Source: Bryobacterales bacterium
GTDB taxonomy: Bacteria > Acidobacteriota > Terriglobia > Bryobacterales > UBA6623
Reading direction: 5' to 3'
Length of the DNA stretch: 64,000 nucleotides
Assembly: GCA_965116065.1 (NCBI GenBank)
Contig: OZ220485.1
Coordinates: 3,312,347-3,376,346, forward strand
The translations under genes and the position numbers were made by a program. This document shows positions 19,020 through 29,272 of this stretch, piece by piece. A model generated the notes under the pieces. It was not told where the DNA came from. It worked only from the letters and a program-made list of their open reading frames with translations, and searched no databases. The first letter of the stretch is position 1; the number at the start of each line of letters is the position of its first letter.

Positions 19020-21641
19020 CTATCGTGGTACTACGACGAACGTGACCGGTATCGTCCCCAGTTCGACCGGTTCCTCAGAACCTCGGGCAGGTGATGTGAT
19101 CGTCAATCTGCCCTGATGGGTGTCCGGCCGTGCACCAGCAGCATTCACCCTTACGGCAACCTCGGCCTTTGCGCCGGTGGCGATTTGCCCGCTTGCGGGA
19201 GACACGGAGAGCCACCGCTGATCGGAACTGACCACGTAACGCAGCGCCCCCCGCCCATCGTTCGCTAAGCGGATCGTCTGAGGCACAGGGTCTGCGCCAG
19301 ATGACGATACGAATGCCATGGCTCCGGGCCGGATAGTGGCAGACGGGAAGGGTGAGGGCGCCTTCTTGAGTGCAACACTGAGCGTACCGCGAACCTCGAC
19401 GCCCGGCGAAAAGACCACGAGACTGACGTAATAGGTCCTAGCTGAACTGAGTGGCGGAGTTGAGTTCCGGGAGATGACAACCGTCCCGGTGCCGTCGGCC
19501 GAGCGTTCCTGGAAGTCAGCGTGGAATTCCGGCGTACGACCATCCTCCTCGTAATTCCAACGCAGCCTGTTCGAATCAGCATTCACACCAGCGTTCACGA
19601 AAAGACCCACATCTGCACCCGGTGAGGTTGCGGCAAAGCTGATGCTCATTTCCGTAGTGTCGTCAGGAACATGTACCAGAAAACCCTCTTCCTGATCGTA
19701 GATTTGGAGATTGTAGTTCGTGGACGGTAGAGTCACATCGACAGGGTTTCCGGGCTTGAGCGAGGGAGATCGGGAGAACATCGCCTTGACATACATCGGA
19801 CGATCCATCTCGATCGTGGTGGACGGACCCTGCCCGCGGATATCGCCAGACCAGCCCACGAATTGCCAAGACGGAGCGGGCTGCGCAACTAGGTTCACGC
19901 GGGTGCCTTCCCGGTAATAACGATCCGCCGAAGCTGGATTCGCGACAATGCGACCGGATTCGGGGTTCGCCACAGAAGCGGAGAGCGGATACTCGGAGGC
20001 GAACTTGGCCGTGAGTACGCCGCCGGTCCGCGGAAGTGTCACGGAATGCGAGGCAGACCCCCCGTCGCTCCACCCTTCGAACCGGTAGCGGATCGAACCG
20101 CCTCTGGGTGGTCCCTGAACCTCCTCAACGCCAACTCCGATCTCTGTTCGGCCAATACCGGTCTGGAATGCAGTCGGCGCAAAGGTTCGGATGTCACCCC
20201 CTTGGTAGTAACCACGGACCTGCAACATGAACGGTTCGATGTTCGAATCAACGCGAAAAATGGGCCTGTTGGTAAACACAGCGCTGAAGGTCTTGTCCGG
20301 GCGATCCACCCGCCATGAGGCAGGGTTGGAAGCTCGCCCGTGATGCCCCCAGAGGATGCCATTCCACTGAAGGAATCGATAGCGACCACTCGAAGTCGGC
20401 GACGCGACCGCTTCAATGTCCGTCCCGACAGTGTAGAATCCATCCGGTGATGGAGGGCTGAGCGCTACGCTCCCGGCATTTCGGGGTTCGACGGCAGTCT
20501 CCACGTGAAATTGCTCGATGAAGTTCGCTTCCAGCCACGTTGCGTCTCGACTGGCAGTCACGCTGTGCCGACGCTGCCCGCCGTCATTCCATCGTCCGAA
20601 CAAGTACCGTGCACCGTCGAGCATCTGGGATACGGGAGCTTCAAGAACATGAGTAGTGCCAGCCGGCCATTGAACTGTCGTGGGCGTGTCCTTGCGGACG
20701 CCATCGACGATGAGGGCCAGGCCTGGAGGGTTGGTCGTGATCGTCGTCGCACTTGGAGATGAACCATAGAGTCTGGCAACGCCATCAACGTCACCTGCAG
20801 AGAGCCCCCCGGCTCGGATTCTCAATCCCGGGGGAATCGTCTCCAGTACTTCGGCACCATTTGCCGAAGACGACCTGCGACTGTAGTGCATTGCGGAAGC
20901 GAAGTCATAGGGGCCGTCGGGCGGATGCTCGGCGGAATATTGTTCGCGCACTCGCTGCTGAAGATTCTCATACAGTACTGTCACGTACTCGTCACGGTCT
21001 TCACGCTGGTGTTCGTGCCACAAACCGACGGCGTGCCCGATTTCGTGCACCACGGAATCGGCCGAACAGCCGCTGGGTGGAATGGAAACGAGTTGCTCAC
21101 CACCTCTCTTGCCAACGACTGATTGGCACGGCCCGACCGAGACACGAGCAAACCGCACGTAGTCGGGCTGCGTCGACCTCTGCACGAGCCGGAGGACAGT
21201 CTTGCTGTTCCATTCCTGAATCGCCTCGATTACATGCTGTCGCTGGTCACCCGTCACATTGCGGTCGATCACGTACGGCATGACACCATTCGGCCAAAGA
21301 TACCTGGAAGTCCTTGCCGACAGTTGGCGTGGCACCCACTCCGACTCCTTGGACTTCTTTCCTGAACCCGCCTTCCCAGAAAACGGCTGCATGTCTTCTG
21401 CACGCCCCAGAACCATGTCGCCGCCGTGGACAGCCCATCCGTCGACGACCACATACGAGAGTCTCCGGCCACGGAATTCTGTCGTGAGACTCCGCTCCGA
21501 GCGTTCTTGGACCAGCAACGGAGCCGTCTCCGCGCTCTCCCGACTGGGAGCGGGGTCCAGTACCGGGCCTTCCGGTCCCTGGGCCGATACTACAGCCACC
21601 AGCGCAACGAACATCCAGACATTGAACCCGAAACGTAACAT
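19020..21641 (-). CDS. Secreted astacin-family (M12A) zinc metalloprotease with long beta-rich C-terminal region
   Basis: ORF 19020..21671; start at MLRFGFNVWMFVALVAVVSA signal (21641). Zinc site HEIGHAVGLWHEHQREDRDEYV and Met-turn SAMHYS. The C-terminal ~600 aa are repeated beta-sandwich-like segments. Confidence 0.85.
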   Translation of the reverse strand: MLRFGFNVWMFVALVAVVSAQGPEGPVLDPAPSRESAETAPLLVQERSERSLTTEFRGRRLSYVVVDGWAVHGGDMVLGRAEDMQPFSGKAGSGKKSKESEWVPRQLSARTSRYLWPNGVMPYVIDRNVTGDQRQHVIEAIQEWNSKTVLRLVQRSTQPDYVRFARVSVGPCQSVVGKRGGEQLVSIPPSGCSADSVVHEIGHAVGLWHEHQREDRDEYVTVLYENLQQRVREQYSAEHPPDGPYDFASAMHYSRRSSSANGAEVLETIPPGLRIRAGGLSAGDVDGVARLYGSSPSATTITTNPPGLALIVDGVRKDTPTTVQWPAGTTHVLEAPVSQMLDGARYLFGRWNDGGQRRHSVTASRDATWLEANFIEQFHVETAVEPRNAGSVALSPPSPDGFYTVGTDIEAVASPTSSGRYRFLQWNGILWGHHGRASNPASWRVDRPDKTFSAVFTNRPIFRVDSNIEPFMLQVRGYYQGGDIRTFAPTAFQTGIGRTEIGVGVEEVQGPPRGGSIRYRFEGWSDGGSASHSVTLPRTGGVLTAKFASEYPLSASVANPESGRIVANPASADRYYREGTRVNLVAQPAPSWQFVGWSGDIRGQGPSTTIEMDRPMYVKAMFSRSPSLKPGNPVDVTLPSTNYNLQIYDQEEGFLVHVPDDTTEMSISFAATSPGADVGLFVNAGVNADSNRLRWNYEEDGRTPEFHADFQERSADGTGTVVISRNSTPPLSSARTYYVSLVVFSPGVEVRGTLSVALKKAPSPFPSATIRPGAMAFVSSSGADPVPQTIRLANDGRGALRYVVSSDQRWLSVSPASGQIATGAKAEVAVRVNAAGARPDTHQGRLTITSPARGSEEPVELGTIPVTFVVVPR

Positions 21642-21798
21642 CCTTGATTGATTGTAGTACGTACAGAGCACTGCGGCGACAATGACCCGTATCGGCCCAA
21701 CGCACAGGGAGCTTTACTTCGCGAACACAGCGTCCTGTCTATCGCGGCCTTGAGCCGGCCGCCAGCCAAGGCTGGAAGTACGGATGCGGCAGAACGGA

Positions 21799-23586
21799 CT
21801 ACTGCAGATCACCGGACACGAAGACGGCCTTGCCCCCCAGATACGTGCGTTCCACCTCGATTTCCTTCACTTCTTCAAGCGGGCACTCCAGGATGTCCCT
21901 GTCGATGACGATCAGGTCCGCGAGCTTGCCGACCTCAAGCGATCCCTTCTCATCCTCCGTGAACGTGATGAACGCGTTGTTCGTCGTATACAGCCGGATC
22001 GCCTCCTCCCTCGCAATGCGTTGCTCCGGCTGCATGACGTTGTCCGTCCATCGCGGGTGGCGGGTCAGGGCGATCCACATACCGAAGAACGGGTTGTACG
22101 GGTTGATCGACCGCATGCTGCCGACCTTCTGCATGTGATCGGACCCGCCCCCGACAACCACACCGGCTTCCCGTAGGCTCCTGTAGGGTTGGAAATATCG
22201 CAGCCGCGCCGGGCCGAACTGCTTGAGCAGAGTCGCGCCATCCCGCTCAAGCCAGGCCGGCTGCAAATCAGCGACGATGCCGATCTCCGCCATCCGTTCG
22301 ATGGCCTCGGGGCTCATGAAGTTGGCGTGCGTGATACACGGCCGCATGTCTCGCAACCCGAACTCGTCATTGATCTCCGAGTAGGCGTCGATCAGTGCAT
22401 GTACGGCACCGTCCCCCACGGAGTGCGCCGTCGGCTGCAGCCCATTGACCAGCGCCAGACGGGTAATCGCATACGCCTTGCCCGGCTGCACGAAGCGGAG
22501 TCCACGATAGTTCGGGTCCGTGATCGAATACACGTCGCTGACACCCCAAGGCTCACGCATGTAGGCGCTGCCTGTCAGCATTCCGCCATCCATGAAGAAC
22601 TTGATGCCTCGAAGCCAGACCATGGATTCATACCGGTGCTTCGGATGCCTAGCAAGCTTAGAAATCGCCGCTTCGATGTCCTCGAGTGGATCTTGTGCGT
22701 TGATGGCATGACTCACGAAGACCCGAACAGACAGGTCTCCCCCGTCAAGCAGGTCTTCATAAAGATCAACGGCCTCGGCACTGGCGTTCCGGTCCGCAAT
22801 GCTCGTAAGCCCAACCCTGTTGTACGCCGCAAACAGCTCCCGTAAACGATCCCGCTTGTCGCTTCGCGTCGGCCGCCTCTGACTTTCCTCGAACTTGATG
22901 AGATGGGCGCCGCTGCGAATGATGCCAGTCGGATTCCCGTCCGCATCGCGCTCGATCCGACCCAGAACCCCCTTGGGAATCCGGAAATCGCGATCAATCC
23001 CGCTGATCTGCAACGCCAGCGTATTGAGTGACGCGTCCGGTCCGGTCCGAAAATACACAGCATGGTCGGGAGCAACGCTGTCGAGTTCCTCCCTGGTCGG
23101 GTATCGCTGCTCCCGCAGCCGGGTGATGAAGACCTGCTGCAACCGGATCCAGCTACCCTCCGCAACAACCTCCGTCCTCTGTCGAAAATAGTCGAGCACA
23201 TCGGCAATCGTCTCCATCTCCGGAACTGTGTGATCGAACTCATACATCGCCGCACCCAACGGATGGGTATGAGTGTCGATGAGTCCTGGAAGTACGGTCT
23301 TCCCTGCAAGATCGATCTGCTGGGTGTCGGGTCCGGCCAGCCCCACGACCTCCACGTCATCTCCAACCGCAATGATGCGATCCCCTCGAATCGCCAGTGC
23401 TTCGGCAATGGAAAACCGCTTGTCAACAGTAACGACCTTGCCGTTGTGCAGGATCAGATCGGGCACTTGGGCCGTCACCTGTGCGGCACCTGACATCGAC
23501 GCAACAAGGACTGCGACGATCACGGCCCCACTCCCGCTGGCCCCTTCCCTAGGTGACACGCAGCCAAGTCTCGCCCAGTCCCTCAT
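21799..23586 (-). CDS. Amidohydrolase_3 (YtcJ-like) metal-dependent hydrolase
   Basis: ORF 21799..23724; start taken at MRDWARL (23586), followed by a signal-like segment. LILHNGKVVTVD..., PGLIDTHTHP, FFMDGG and GSDH motifs match the amidohydrolase 3 family. Confidence 0.85.
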   Translation of the reverse strand: MRDWARLGCVSPREGASGSGAVIVAVLVASMSGAAQVTAQVPDLILHNGKVVTVDKRFSIAEALAIRGDRIIAVGDDVEVVGLAGPDTQQIDLAGKTVLPGLIDTHTHPLGAAMYEFDHTVPEMETIADVLDYFRQRTEVVAEGSWIRLQQVFITRLREQRYPTREELDSVAPDHAVYFRTGPDASLNTLALQISGIDRDFRIPKGVLGRIERDADGNPTGIIRSGAHLIKFEESQRRPTRSDKRDRLRELFAAYNRVGLTSIADRNASAEAVDLYEDLLDGGDLSVRVFVSHAINAQDPLEDIEAAISKLARHPKHRYESMVWLRGIKFFMDGGMLTGSAYMREPWGVSDVYSITDPNYRGLRFVQPGKAYAITRLALVNGLQPTAHSVGDGAVHALIDAYSEINDEFGLRDMRPCITHANFMSPEAIERMAEIGIVADLQPAWLERDGATLLKQFGPARLRYFQPYRSLREAGVVVGGGSDHMQKVGSMRSINPYNPFFGMWIALTRHPRWTDNVMQPEQRIAREEAIRLYTTNNAFITFTEDEKGSLEVGKLADLIVIDRDILECPLEEVKEIEVERTYLGGKAVFVSGDLQ

Positions 23587-24329
23587 CGTGCTTTGCTCGA
23601 TTCCATACGTCTTGTATCGGGACAGTGTCTCGAAACCGTATCGTCTCACATGCATCGAGCCAACTCGACACAGCCCCTCGGGTCCCACGAGGTCGATGCA
23701 GAAGCGCACACGTATCGAGTTCAATGCTGTTCTCGAACGGCCGCGTTGCTGTCAATGCAGCCGTGTCAATGAACTTGTGGAGGGTATGCCATATCGTGAA
23801 CACAAGCCACGCAAACGCAGGCCTCCTGACCTCAGCAACAGGAGTCCAGCAACTTCCTGAACCGTACCCCACGTCGGGCCCGACTTGCCGGGTGTTCGTG
23901 AACATCTTGGAGTTGGGGTGCCGACGCAGCGGTGACGGGTCTTGTTGCATGCCTTGCGAGACCCTCGCAATACCTCTGCCACCGCCACGCCGCTCCGGCT
24001 TCGCGCAGGCGCACGAGAAGCGTTCCGCGATCCGGCGCAGCCAACAAGTCGCACGCTGCGAAGTTCGAGGGATAGACGATCGGACCCACGTGGGCTGCCA
24101 CACAAGACCAAGAGTCGTCAGCCTTTGACGGGCTCATGCCCAGCCCCTGCTGTCCGAAGGTCGGAACCTATGGGTCATCATGAGGATGCCCATGACTTGT
24201 GCCGTTTGCCGCTCGGCACCGTCACCGCGAGGCAGTTCGACGCTGACGACGATCGATTGCTGTGGCACTGCGGTTGGGCGTGCACTCTCGGGGTAATCGT
24301 TCCAGGAGACCCGAATGGTCCAACTTCGG

Positions 24330-24881
24330 CTAAGCGATTCCCTGGAGCCGTGCGATGAACTCGCTACCGCGATCGCAATCGACGATCCACTCGCCTATGT
24401 TCTGCAACCGGTCCGGATCGTTGATTCCGGCCAAGAGCCCGGCGACCGTCTCTGTCGATTCGGTGCCGAACTTCCTCTGGGCCAAGCGGACCAGCAACTG
24501 TCGTTCTTGCCGCAGCCCTTGCAGTAGACCCTCTTGCCGACCTTCTTGCCAACCTTCTCGCCGACCCTCGGCCCGAAACGCATCGAAGTGAGCCTGAAAG
24601 CGCTCTTCCAGCGTGGTCCGCAATTCGCCACTCTCTACCATCTGTTCCATCTTCGCCGTGTCCTCCAGAAATTCCAAATCCACCCCTGTGCGCAGCATCA
24701 ACTGACGCAACCATCCCAGAAACATCTCCCGCAACTCGCTCTGATCCCCTGCCACCACCAGCGACACCGCATCGCCGACAGGCAACTCCGCCCGCTTGTA
24801 CGCCCTCAGATTCCACCAGCGCACAAGGTAAGAGAAGCGTTCCCTCAATTCTCGGACACCAGAGAAGAGCCCCAGCCGCAA
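24330..24881 (-). CDS. Rpn-family C-terminal-domain-only paralogue (5'-truncated copy; intact 183-codon ORF, start uncertain)
   Basis: ...AYKRAELPVGDAVSLVVAGDQSELREMFLGWLRQLMLRTGVDLEFLEDTAKMEQMVESGELRTTLEERF...GEWIVDCDRGSEFIARLQGIA is collinear with the C-terminal ~200 aa of ORF 24963..26132. The PD-(D/E)xK N-domain is absent. The annotated start is TTG; the first ATG is at codon 52. Confidence 0.6.
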   Translation of the reverse strand: MRLGLFSGVRELRERFSYLVRWWNLRAYKRAELPVGDAVSLVVAGDQSELREMFLGWLRQLMLRTGVDLEFLEDTAKMEQMVESGELRTTLEERFQAHFDAFRAEGRREGWQEGRQEGLLQGLRQERQLLVRLAQRKFGTESTETVAGLLAGINDPDRLQNIGEWIVDCDRGSEFIARLQGIA

Positions 24882-24962
24882 GCTGCCGTTCTAGGCAGGA
24901 TGTAGATCACCTGGCCGGCTAGAGTGCGTACTGGAGAAGCCGAGCACGACTGGCACTGTCGG

Positions 24963-26072
24963 CTAGCCGATTCGCTGGAGCCGTGCGATGAACTCGCTAC
25001 CGCGATCGCAATCCACGATCCACTCGCCCACGTTCTGCAACCGGTCCGGATCGTTGATTCCGGCCAAGAGCCCGGCGACCGTCTCTGTCGATTCGGTGCC
25101 GAACTTCCTCTGGGCCAAGCGGACCAGCAACTGTCGTTCTCGCCGCAGCCCTTGCAGTAGACCCTCTTGCCGACCTTCTTGCCGACCTTCTTGCCGACCT
25201 TCTTGCCGACCTTCTTGCCGACCCTCGGCCCGAAACGCATCGAAGTGAGCCTGAAAGCGCTCCTCCAGCGTGGTCCGCAATTCGCCACTCTCTACCATCT
25301 GTTCCATCTTCGCCGTGTCCTCCAGAAATTCCAAATCCACCCCCGTGCGCAGCATCAACTGCCGCAACCACCCCAGAAACGTCTCCCGCAACTCCCGCTG
25401 ATCCTCCGCCGGCAGCAGCCGCCAGATCCGCTGCACCACCTTCTCACAGTCCGCCACCCCCGTGATCCGTTCCCCCGCCGCCACCAGCGACACCGCGTTC
25501 TCCGCCGGCAACTCCTCCCGCTTGTACGCCCCCAGATCCACCAGCACATACTGCTCGCCCGTGAACGCCGCCTCCCGCGGTACCCGTGCCCCCGCCGGAC
25601 GCGCTCTCGTCCCCACCAACTCCGCCATGCTCCGTGCCGCCCGCCAGCGCCCCTTCCCGTTGTAGATCACCACCGCCAGCACCGGTGGCAACCGGTCGCC
25701 CTCCCGCGGTTTCTGGCCCCGCTTCAGGCTCCAGTACAGCCCCACCGCATATTCCTGCACCCGCACCGCCATCCACCAGACCACCTCCGACTGGAACTCC
25801 AGGATCACCAGCAGATGCAGCCATTCCTCCCCCTCGTCCGCATCCCGGAAGCGGATGCGCCAGACCATGTCGCACTGCCGCAGCCGGAAGTCCCTATGGA
25901 TCTGCTCCGTCGGCAGCGGTTGCAGGGTCGAGAAATCCAGACTCTTGATCCACTCCACGCCCCCTTCGATCTGCTGGGCGACAAACTCGCACAACAGGTC
26001 GGTCAGCAACCTCGGGAACCCGAACAGGGCCTTGTACGATGCGTCATGCGGCATGTTCTTGCGCGTCTTCAT
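24963..26072 (-). CDS. Rpn-family recombination-promoting nuclease / putative transposase (YhgA-like PD-(D/E)xK)
   Basis: ORF 24963..26132; start at MKTRKNMPHDASYKALFG (26072). DMVWRIRF...EEWLHLLVILEFQSEV nuclease core, and a C-terminal (EGRQ)5 repeat plus a DUF4351-like tail. Confidence 0.85.
   Translation of the reverse strand: MKTRKNMPHDASYKALFGFPRLLTDLLCEFVAQQIEGGVEWIKSLDFSTLQPLPTEQIHRDFRLRQCDMVWRIRFRDADEGEEWLHLLVILEFQSEVVWWMAVRVQEYAVGLYWSLKRGQKPREGDRLPPVLAVVIYNGKGRWRAARSMAELVGTRARPAGARVPREAAFTGEQYVLVDLGAYKREELPAENAVSLVAAGERITGVADCEKVVQRIWRLLPAEDQRELRETFLGWLRQLMLRTGVDLEFLEDTAKMEQMVESGELRTTLEERFQAHFDAFRAEGRQEGRQEGRQEGRQEGRQEGLLQGLRRERQLLVRLAQRKFGTESTETVAGLLAGINDPDRLQNVGEWIVDCDRGSEFIARLQRIG
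25166..25225. repeat. 12-bp tandem repeat cttgccgacctt x5, encoding (EGRQ)5 on the minus strand; 3 diverged units at 24532-24567 in the duplicate
   Basis: Counted directly in the sequence. Confidence 0.9.
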
Positions 26073-26536
26073 GCGATGATCCCCGCCGATTGTCGCAGAT
26101 CGTGCCTCGGTCTGTCCACTGCCACCGAGCATGCCACTCTGCCGATCGGCTCCGGAGCCTCTGCACCGTCATCAGGTGGAACCACCCGCTCCGCCAGTCA
26201 ACCGAGCGCCCGCCACAGGAGAGGATGGCGGGGTCTCGCCGCTCATGTGGTGAAGAACTTCGTCCAATCCAGACTCCACCGAGACTGAAGTCGGCATCAT
26301 GGAACACCTCGTGCAGATGCCTCCATACCGATGAAGACGCTCGCGTGTCGCGTGCAACCTTCACGAAATGGTCCGGGATGCGGTGACCAACGGAAGCACT
26401 GTCGAGTCTGAGCCGATACCTACGAACTGGCGTCTCGCGGATACTCTAGTGAACATTCAGGGAAACGAAGGAAGATTTTGGCAGAAGCAACGTGCGAACG
26501 AACTGGCAGCCGACCCCCACTGGGTATCGACCTTGA

Positions 26537-28669
26537 TTACCGCGAACGGTCCCACCTGCCGAATGTGCTTCCCTGCCTTGCCAACTCAAGGAGAAGTGGG
26601 GCTGGACGCCACCAGTGACCGTGTGCGACGTGAAACTCCTCGATGCGGGCGATCACCTTGTTCAGGCCTACCGTATCGGCATAGAACATCGGCCCACCCC
26701 GGTAGGCCGGGAACCCGTAGCCGTACAGGTAGATGATGTCGATGTCGGACGAACGAAGTGCGTGTCCCTCCTGCAGGATCCAGGCCCCTTCGTTGACCAG
26801 AGCGTAGATCACCCGGTCAAGGATTTCGCTGTCGGAGATCGAACGTTGTTCGATGCCGGCCTCTCGGGCGACACGCTTGAGCAGGGCGTCCACTTCCGGA
26901 TCCTCGTTCCGCGTGCGGTCGTCACCGTATCGATACCAACCCGCTCCCGTCTTCTGCCCGTACCGGCCAAGCGCACAGAGAGCGTCCTCTGCAAGCGGGC
27001 GTCGCGTGCCTGGAGGGTACAGGTCGGGCGCTTCCTTCCGGATCTTCATTCCCACGTCGAGACCGGCCAGATCCCCGACCGCCATGGGCCCCATCGCCGC
27101 ACCGAACTCATAGAGCACACGGTCGATGTGCGCCGGCTTCGCGCCTTCTTCCGCGAGGAACTGCGCCTCCCGCCGATACGGGTGGAACATGCGGTTGCCG
27201 ACGAATCCGAAGCAGTTGCCAACAAGGACGCCCACCTTCCGGAGCCGCCGGGCCAGAGCCATGGACGTGGCGACGACCTCCTTGCTGGTCTCGGCGCCTC
27301 GAACGATCTCCAGCAGGCGCATGACGTTCGCCGGGCTGAAGAAGTGATGCCCGATCACGTCCTCCGGGCGCGAGGTCGCGGACGCGATCTCATCCACGTT
27401 GAGGCTGGAAGTGTTGGTCGCCAGCACCGCGCCCGGCCGTGCAACGTCATCGATCTGCCGGAACACCTCCTTCTTCAATGCCATGTTCTCGAACACCGCC
27501 TCGACGATGATGTCGGCGGTGTCGAAGCCGTCCCAGTCCGTCTGCGGGGTGATCATCGACATGCGTTGCTCGGCATACTTGGACGTGAAGCGCCCCCGCG
27601 TGACGGATCGCTCGTAGTTGCGACGGATCATCTGGACACCCTTGTCCAGCGCTTTCTGGCTGACCTCCTTCAGAATCACGGGAATGTCGGCATTCACATA
27701 GGACATGGCGATTCCGACACCCATCGTGCCAGCACCGATCACTGCCGCTGACCCGATCTGGCGGGTGGGCGTCTCCTTGGGCACGTCCGGGATCTTCCGC
27801 ACCTCTCGCTCGGAGAAGAAGGCGTGGATCAGGGCTTTGCACTGCGTCGAGGCCAGGCATTCGCTGAAGATCTCCGCTTCCCGCCTGATGCCTTCTGCAA
27901 ACGGGAGCGACACCCCGGCCTCGATTGCTTCAATGGCCTTCAGTGGTGCCTGATGGCCGCGCCACTTGCGCCGCACCAGTGCACGGGCCTGCTCGCAGAG
28001 CTGTGCGGTCTCCTCCGGCGTTCCGAGCTTCTCGCGACTCTGGCTGGCCTTCGGATGAGGACCGCCGTGGTCAGCCATCTGGCGGGCGAATCCCGAGGCT
28101 CCCACCAGCAAGGCATCGTACCCTTCGCCATCGATCACCCGGTCGACGATTCCGAACCGATACGCCTCGTCCGCTGAAATCGGATCGCCGAGTGCACACA
28201 TCTCAAGGGCCTTCTCCACGCCAGCCAGGCGTGGCAGGCGCTGTGTGCCGTGCGCCCCGGGGATGAGGCCCAGCTTGACTTCCGGCTGTCCGAGCTGCGC
28301 GGATCCCAGTGCCACGCGGTAATGGCAGGCTTGGGCGACCTCCAAGCCACCGCCGAATGCGGTCCCATGGATCGCAGCAACAACGGGCTTGGAAGAACTC
28401 TCCAGCGCATCGATGACATTGACAAGCCTGGTGCCGCTTCGTGCCTGTCCGGACCGGATCTTCTCGAACTCCCGGATGTCGGCCCCGGCGATGAAGGTCT
28501 GGTTGGCTCCGATCAGCACGATCGCTGTCACAGCGTCGTCCTTGGCGAACCGATCGAGGCCGTCGAGGATTCCCTCCGGGACGCCACGGCTCAGTGCGTT
28601 GACGGGCGGATTCTGCACCTTGATCACACCGATTCGGTCCACGATGGTCGATTCGACGAGGTTCGTCAT
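26537..28669 (-). CDS. Bifunctional enoyl-CoA hydratase / 3-hydroxyacyl-CoA dehydrogenase (FadB/FadJ-like)
   Basis: N-terminal crotonase fold ([14 protein letters not shown]...[10 protein letters not shown]...[14 protein letters not shown]). This is followed by an NAD-binding block [16 protein letters not shown] and the HAD C-terminal domains. Confidence 0.9.
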   Translation of the reverse strand: MTNLVESTIVDRIGVIKVQNPPVNALSRGVPEGILDGLDRFAKDDAVTAIVLIGANQTFIAGADIREFEKIRSGQARSGTRLVNVIDALESSSKPVVAAIHGTAFGGGLEVAQACHYRVALGSAQLGQPEVKLGLIPGAHGTQRLPRLAGVEKALEMCALGDPISADEAYRFGIVDRVIDGEGYDALLVGASGFARQMADHGGPHPKASQSREKLGTPEETAQLCEQARALVRRKWRGHQAPLKAIEAIEAGVSLPFAEGIRREAEIFSECLASTQCKALIHAFFSEREVRKIPDVPKETPTRQIGSAAVIGAGTMGVGIAMSYVNADIPVILKEVSQKALDKGVQMIRRNYERSVTRGRFTSKYAEQRMSMITPQTDWDGFDTADIIVEAVFENMALKKEVFRQIDDVARPGAVLATNTSSLNVDEIASATSRPEDVIGHHFFSPANVMRLLEIVRGAETSKEVVATSMALARRLRKVGVLVGNCFGFVGNRMFHPYRREAQFLAEEGAKPAHIDRVLYEFGAAMGPMAVGDLAGLDVGMKIRKEAPDLYPPGTRRPLAEDALCALGRYGQKTGAGWYRYGDDRTRNEDPEVDALLKRVAREAGIEQRSISDSEILDRVIYALVNEGAWILQEGHALRSSDIDIIYLYGYGFPAYRGGPMFYADTVGLNKVIARIEEFHVAHGHWWRPAPLLLELARQGSTFGRWDRSR

Positions 28670-29272
28670 GATGTCCTCCAACTGTCTGCGTCAGTGACTC
28701 ACCAGGCTTTGCGGGGCCTGCTGCGTCCTGAGCCACTCACCGAGTCCTCGGCACTCAAGTCCACCCTCATGGTACTGAAGGGGCCCGATGGTATCCGCCG
28801 TTCGGGCCGACCGATCCTTGCGTTCCCCGACCAGGACTCGGGATCGCTCGGAGGGGCCGAAGGGACCCGGAGGCATATCGGCAAATCGTCTTCGGCGGCA
28901 AGGGACCGTCGACACCCCGGACCGTGACCTGCGCCGGCCATCCTCATCTCCTTGCGCTGCGACTGGCGCGACGGTATCGAACGCAACGTCATCGGAATCG
29001 GAACGAGGCACCGGCGAGGACACCGGATGATGGCTGCCGACCGCAGCGCGAAATCTCTGCCATGGACGATGGCATCGGAGTGCTCCGCCCGATATCGCGC
29101 TCCGATGCCGATCGCTCTGGTTTGTGCAGGCCGGCCCACTGAACGGGATTCCCCTACAATCAGGGGCTGTGGCGGGAAGAACCATCGCGTCCGAGAACGA
29201 GTATCGACGGAGACCAGCATGTGCGACGAAATGACCAGCGCTGACAACGAGCGATTCCTACGTGCCAAGGAC

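Larger units (their letters stand above)
24327..25548. repeat. Tandem segmental duplication: 24327-24825 is a near-identical copy of 24961-25548 (3' half of the Rpn gene)
   Basis: Direct comparison: both copies start cggcta(a/g)cgattc(c/g)ctggagccgtgcgatgaactcgctaccgcgatcgcaatc... and stay collinear. They differ by point changes, two fewer 12-bp units and a ~66-bp deletion in the left copy. Confidence 0.9.

Noticed and set aside
28682-29272. 590-bp divergent intergenic region, and the N-terminal extension of ORF 28952..30085
   Set aside because: I looked for a small regulator gene. All frames are low-complexity Arg/Ser/Pro-rich. The dienelactone hydrolase is best started at the Tat-signal Met (29273).
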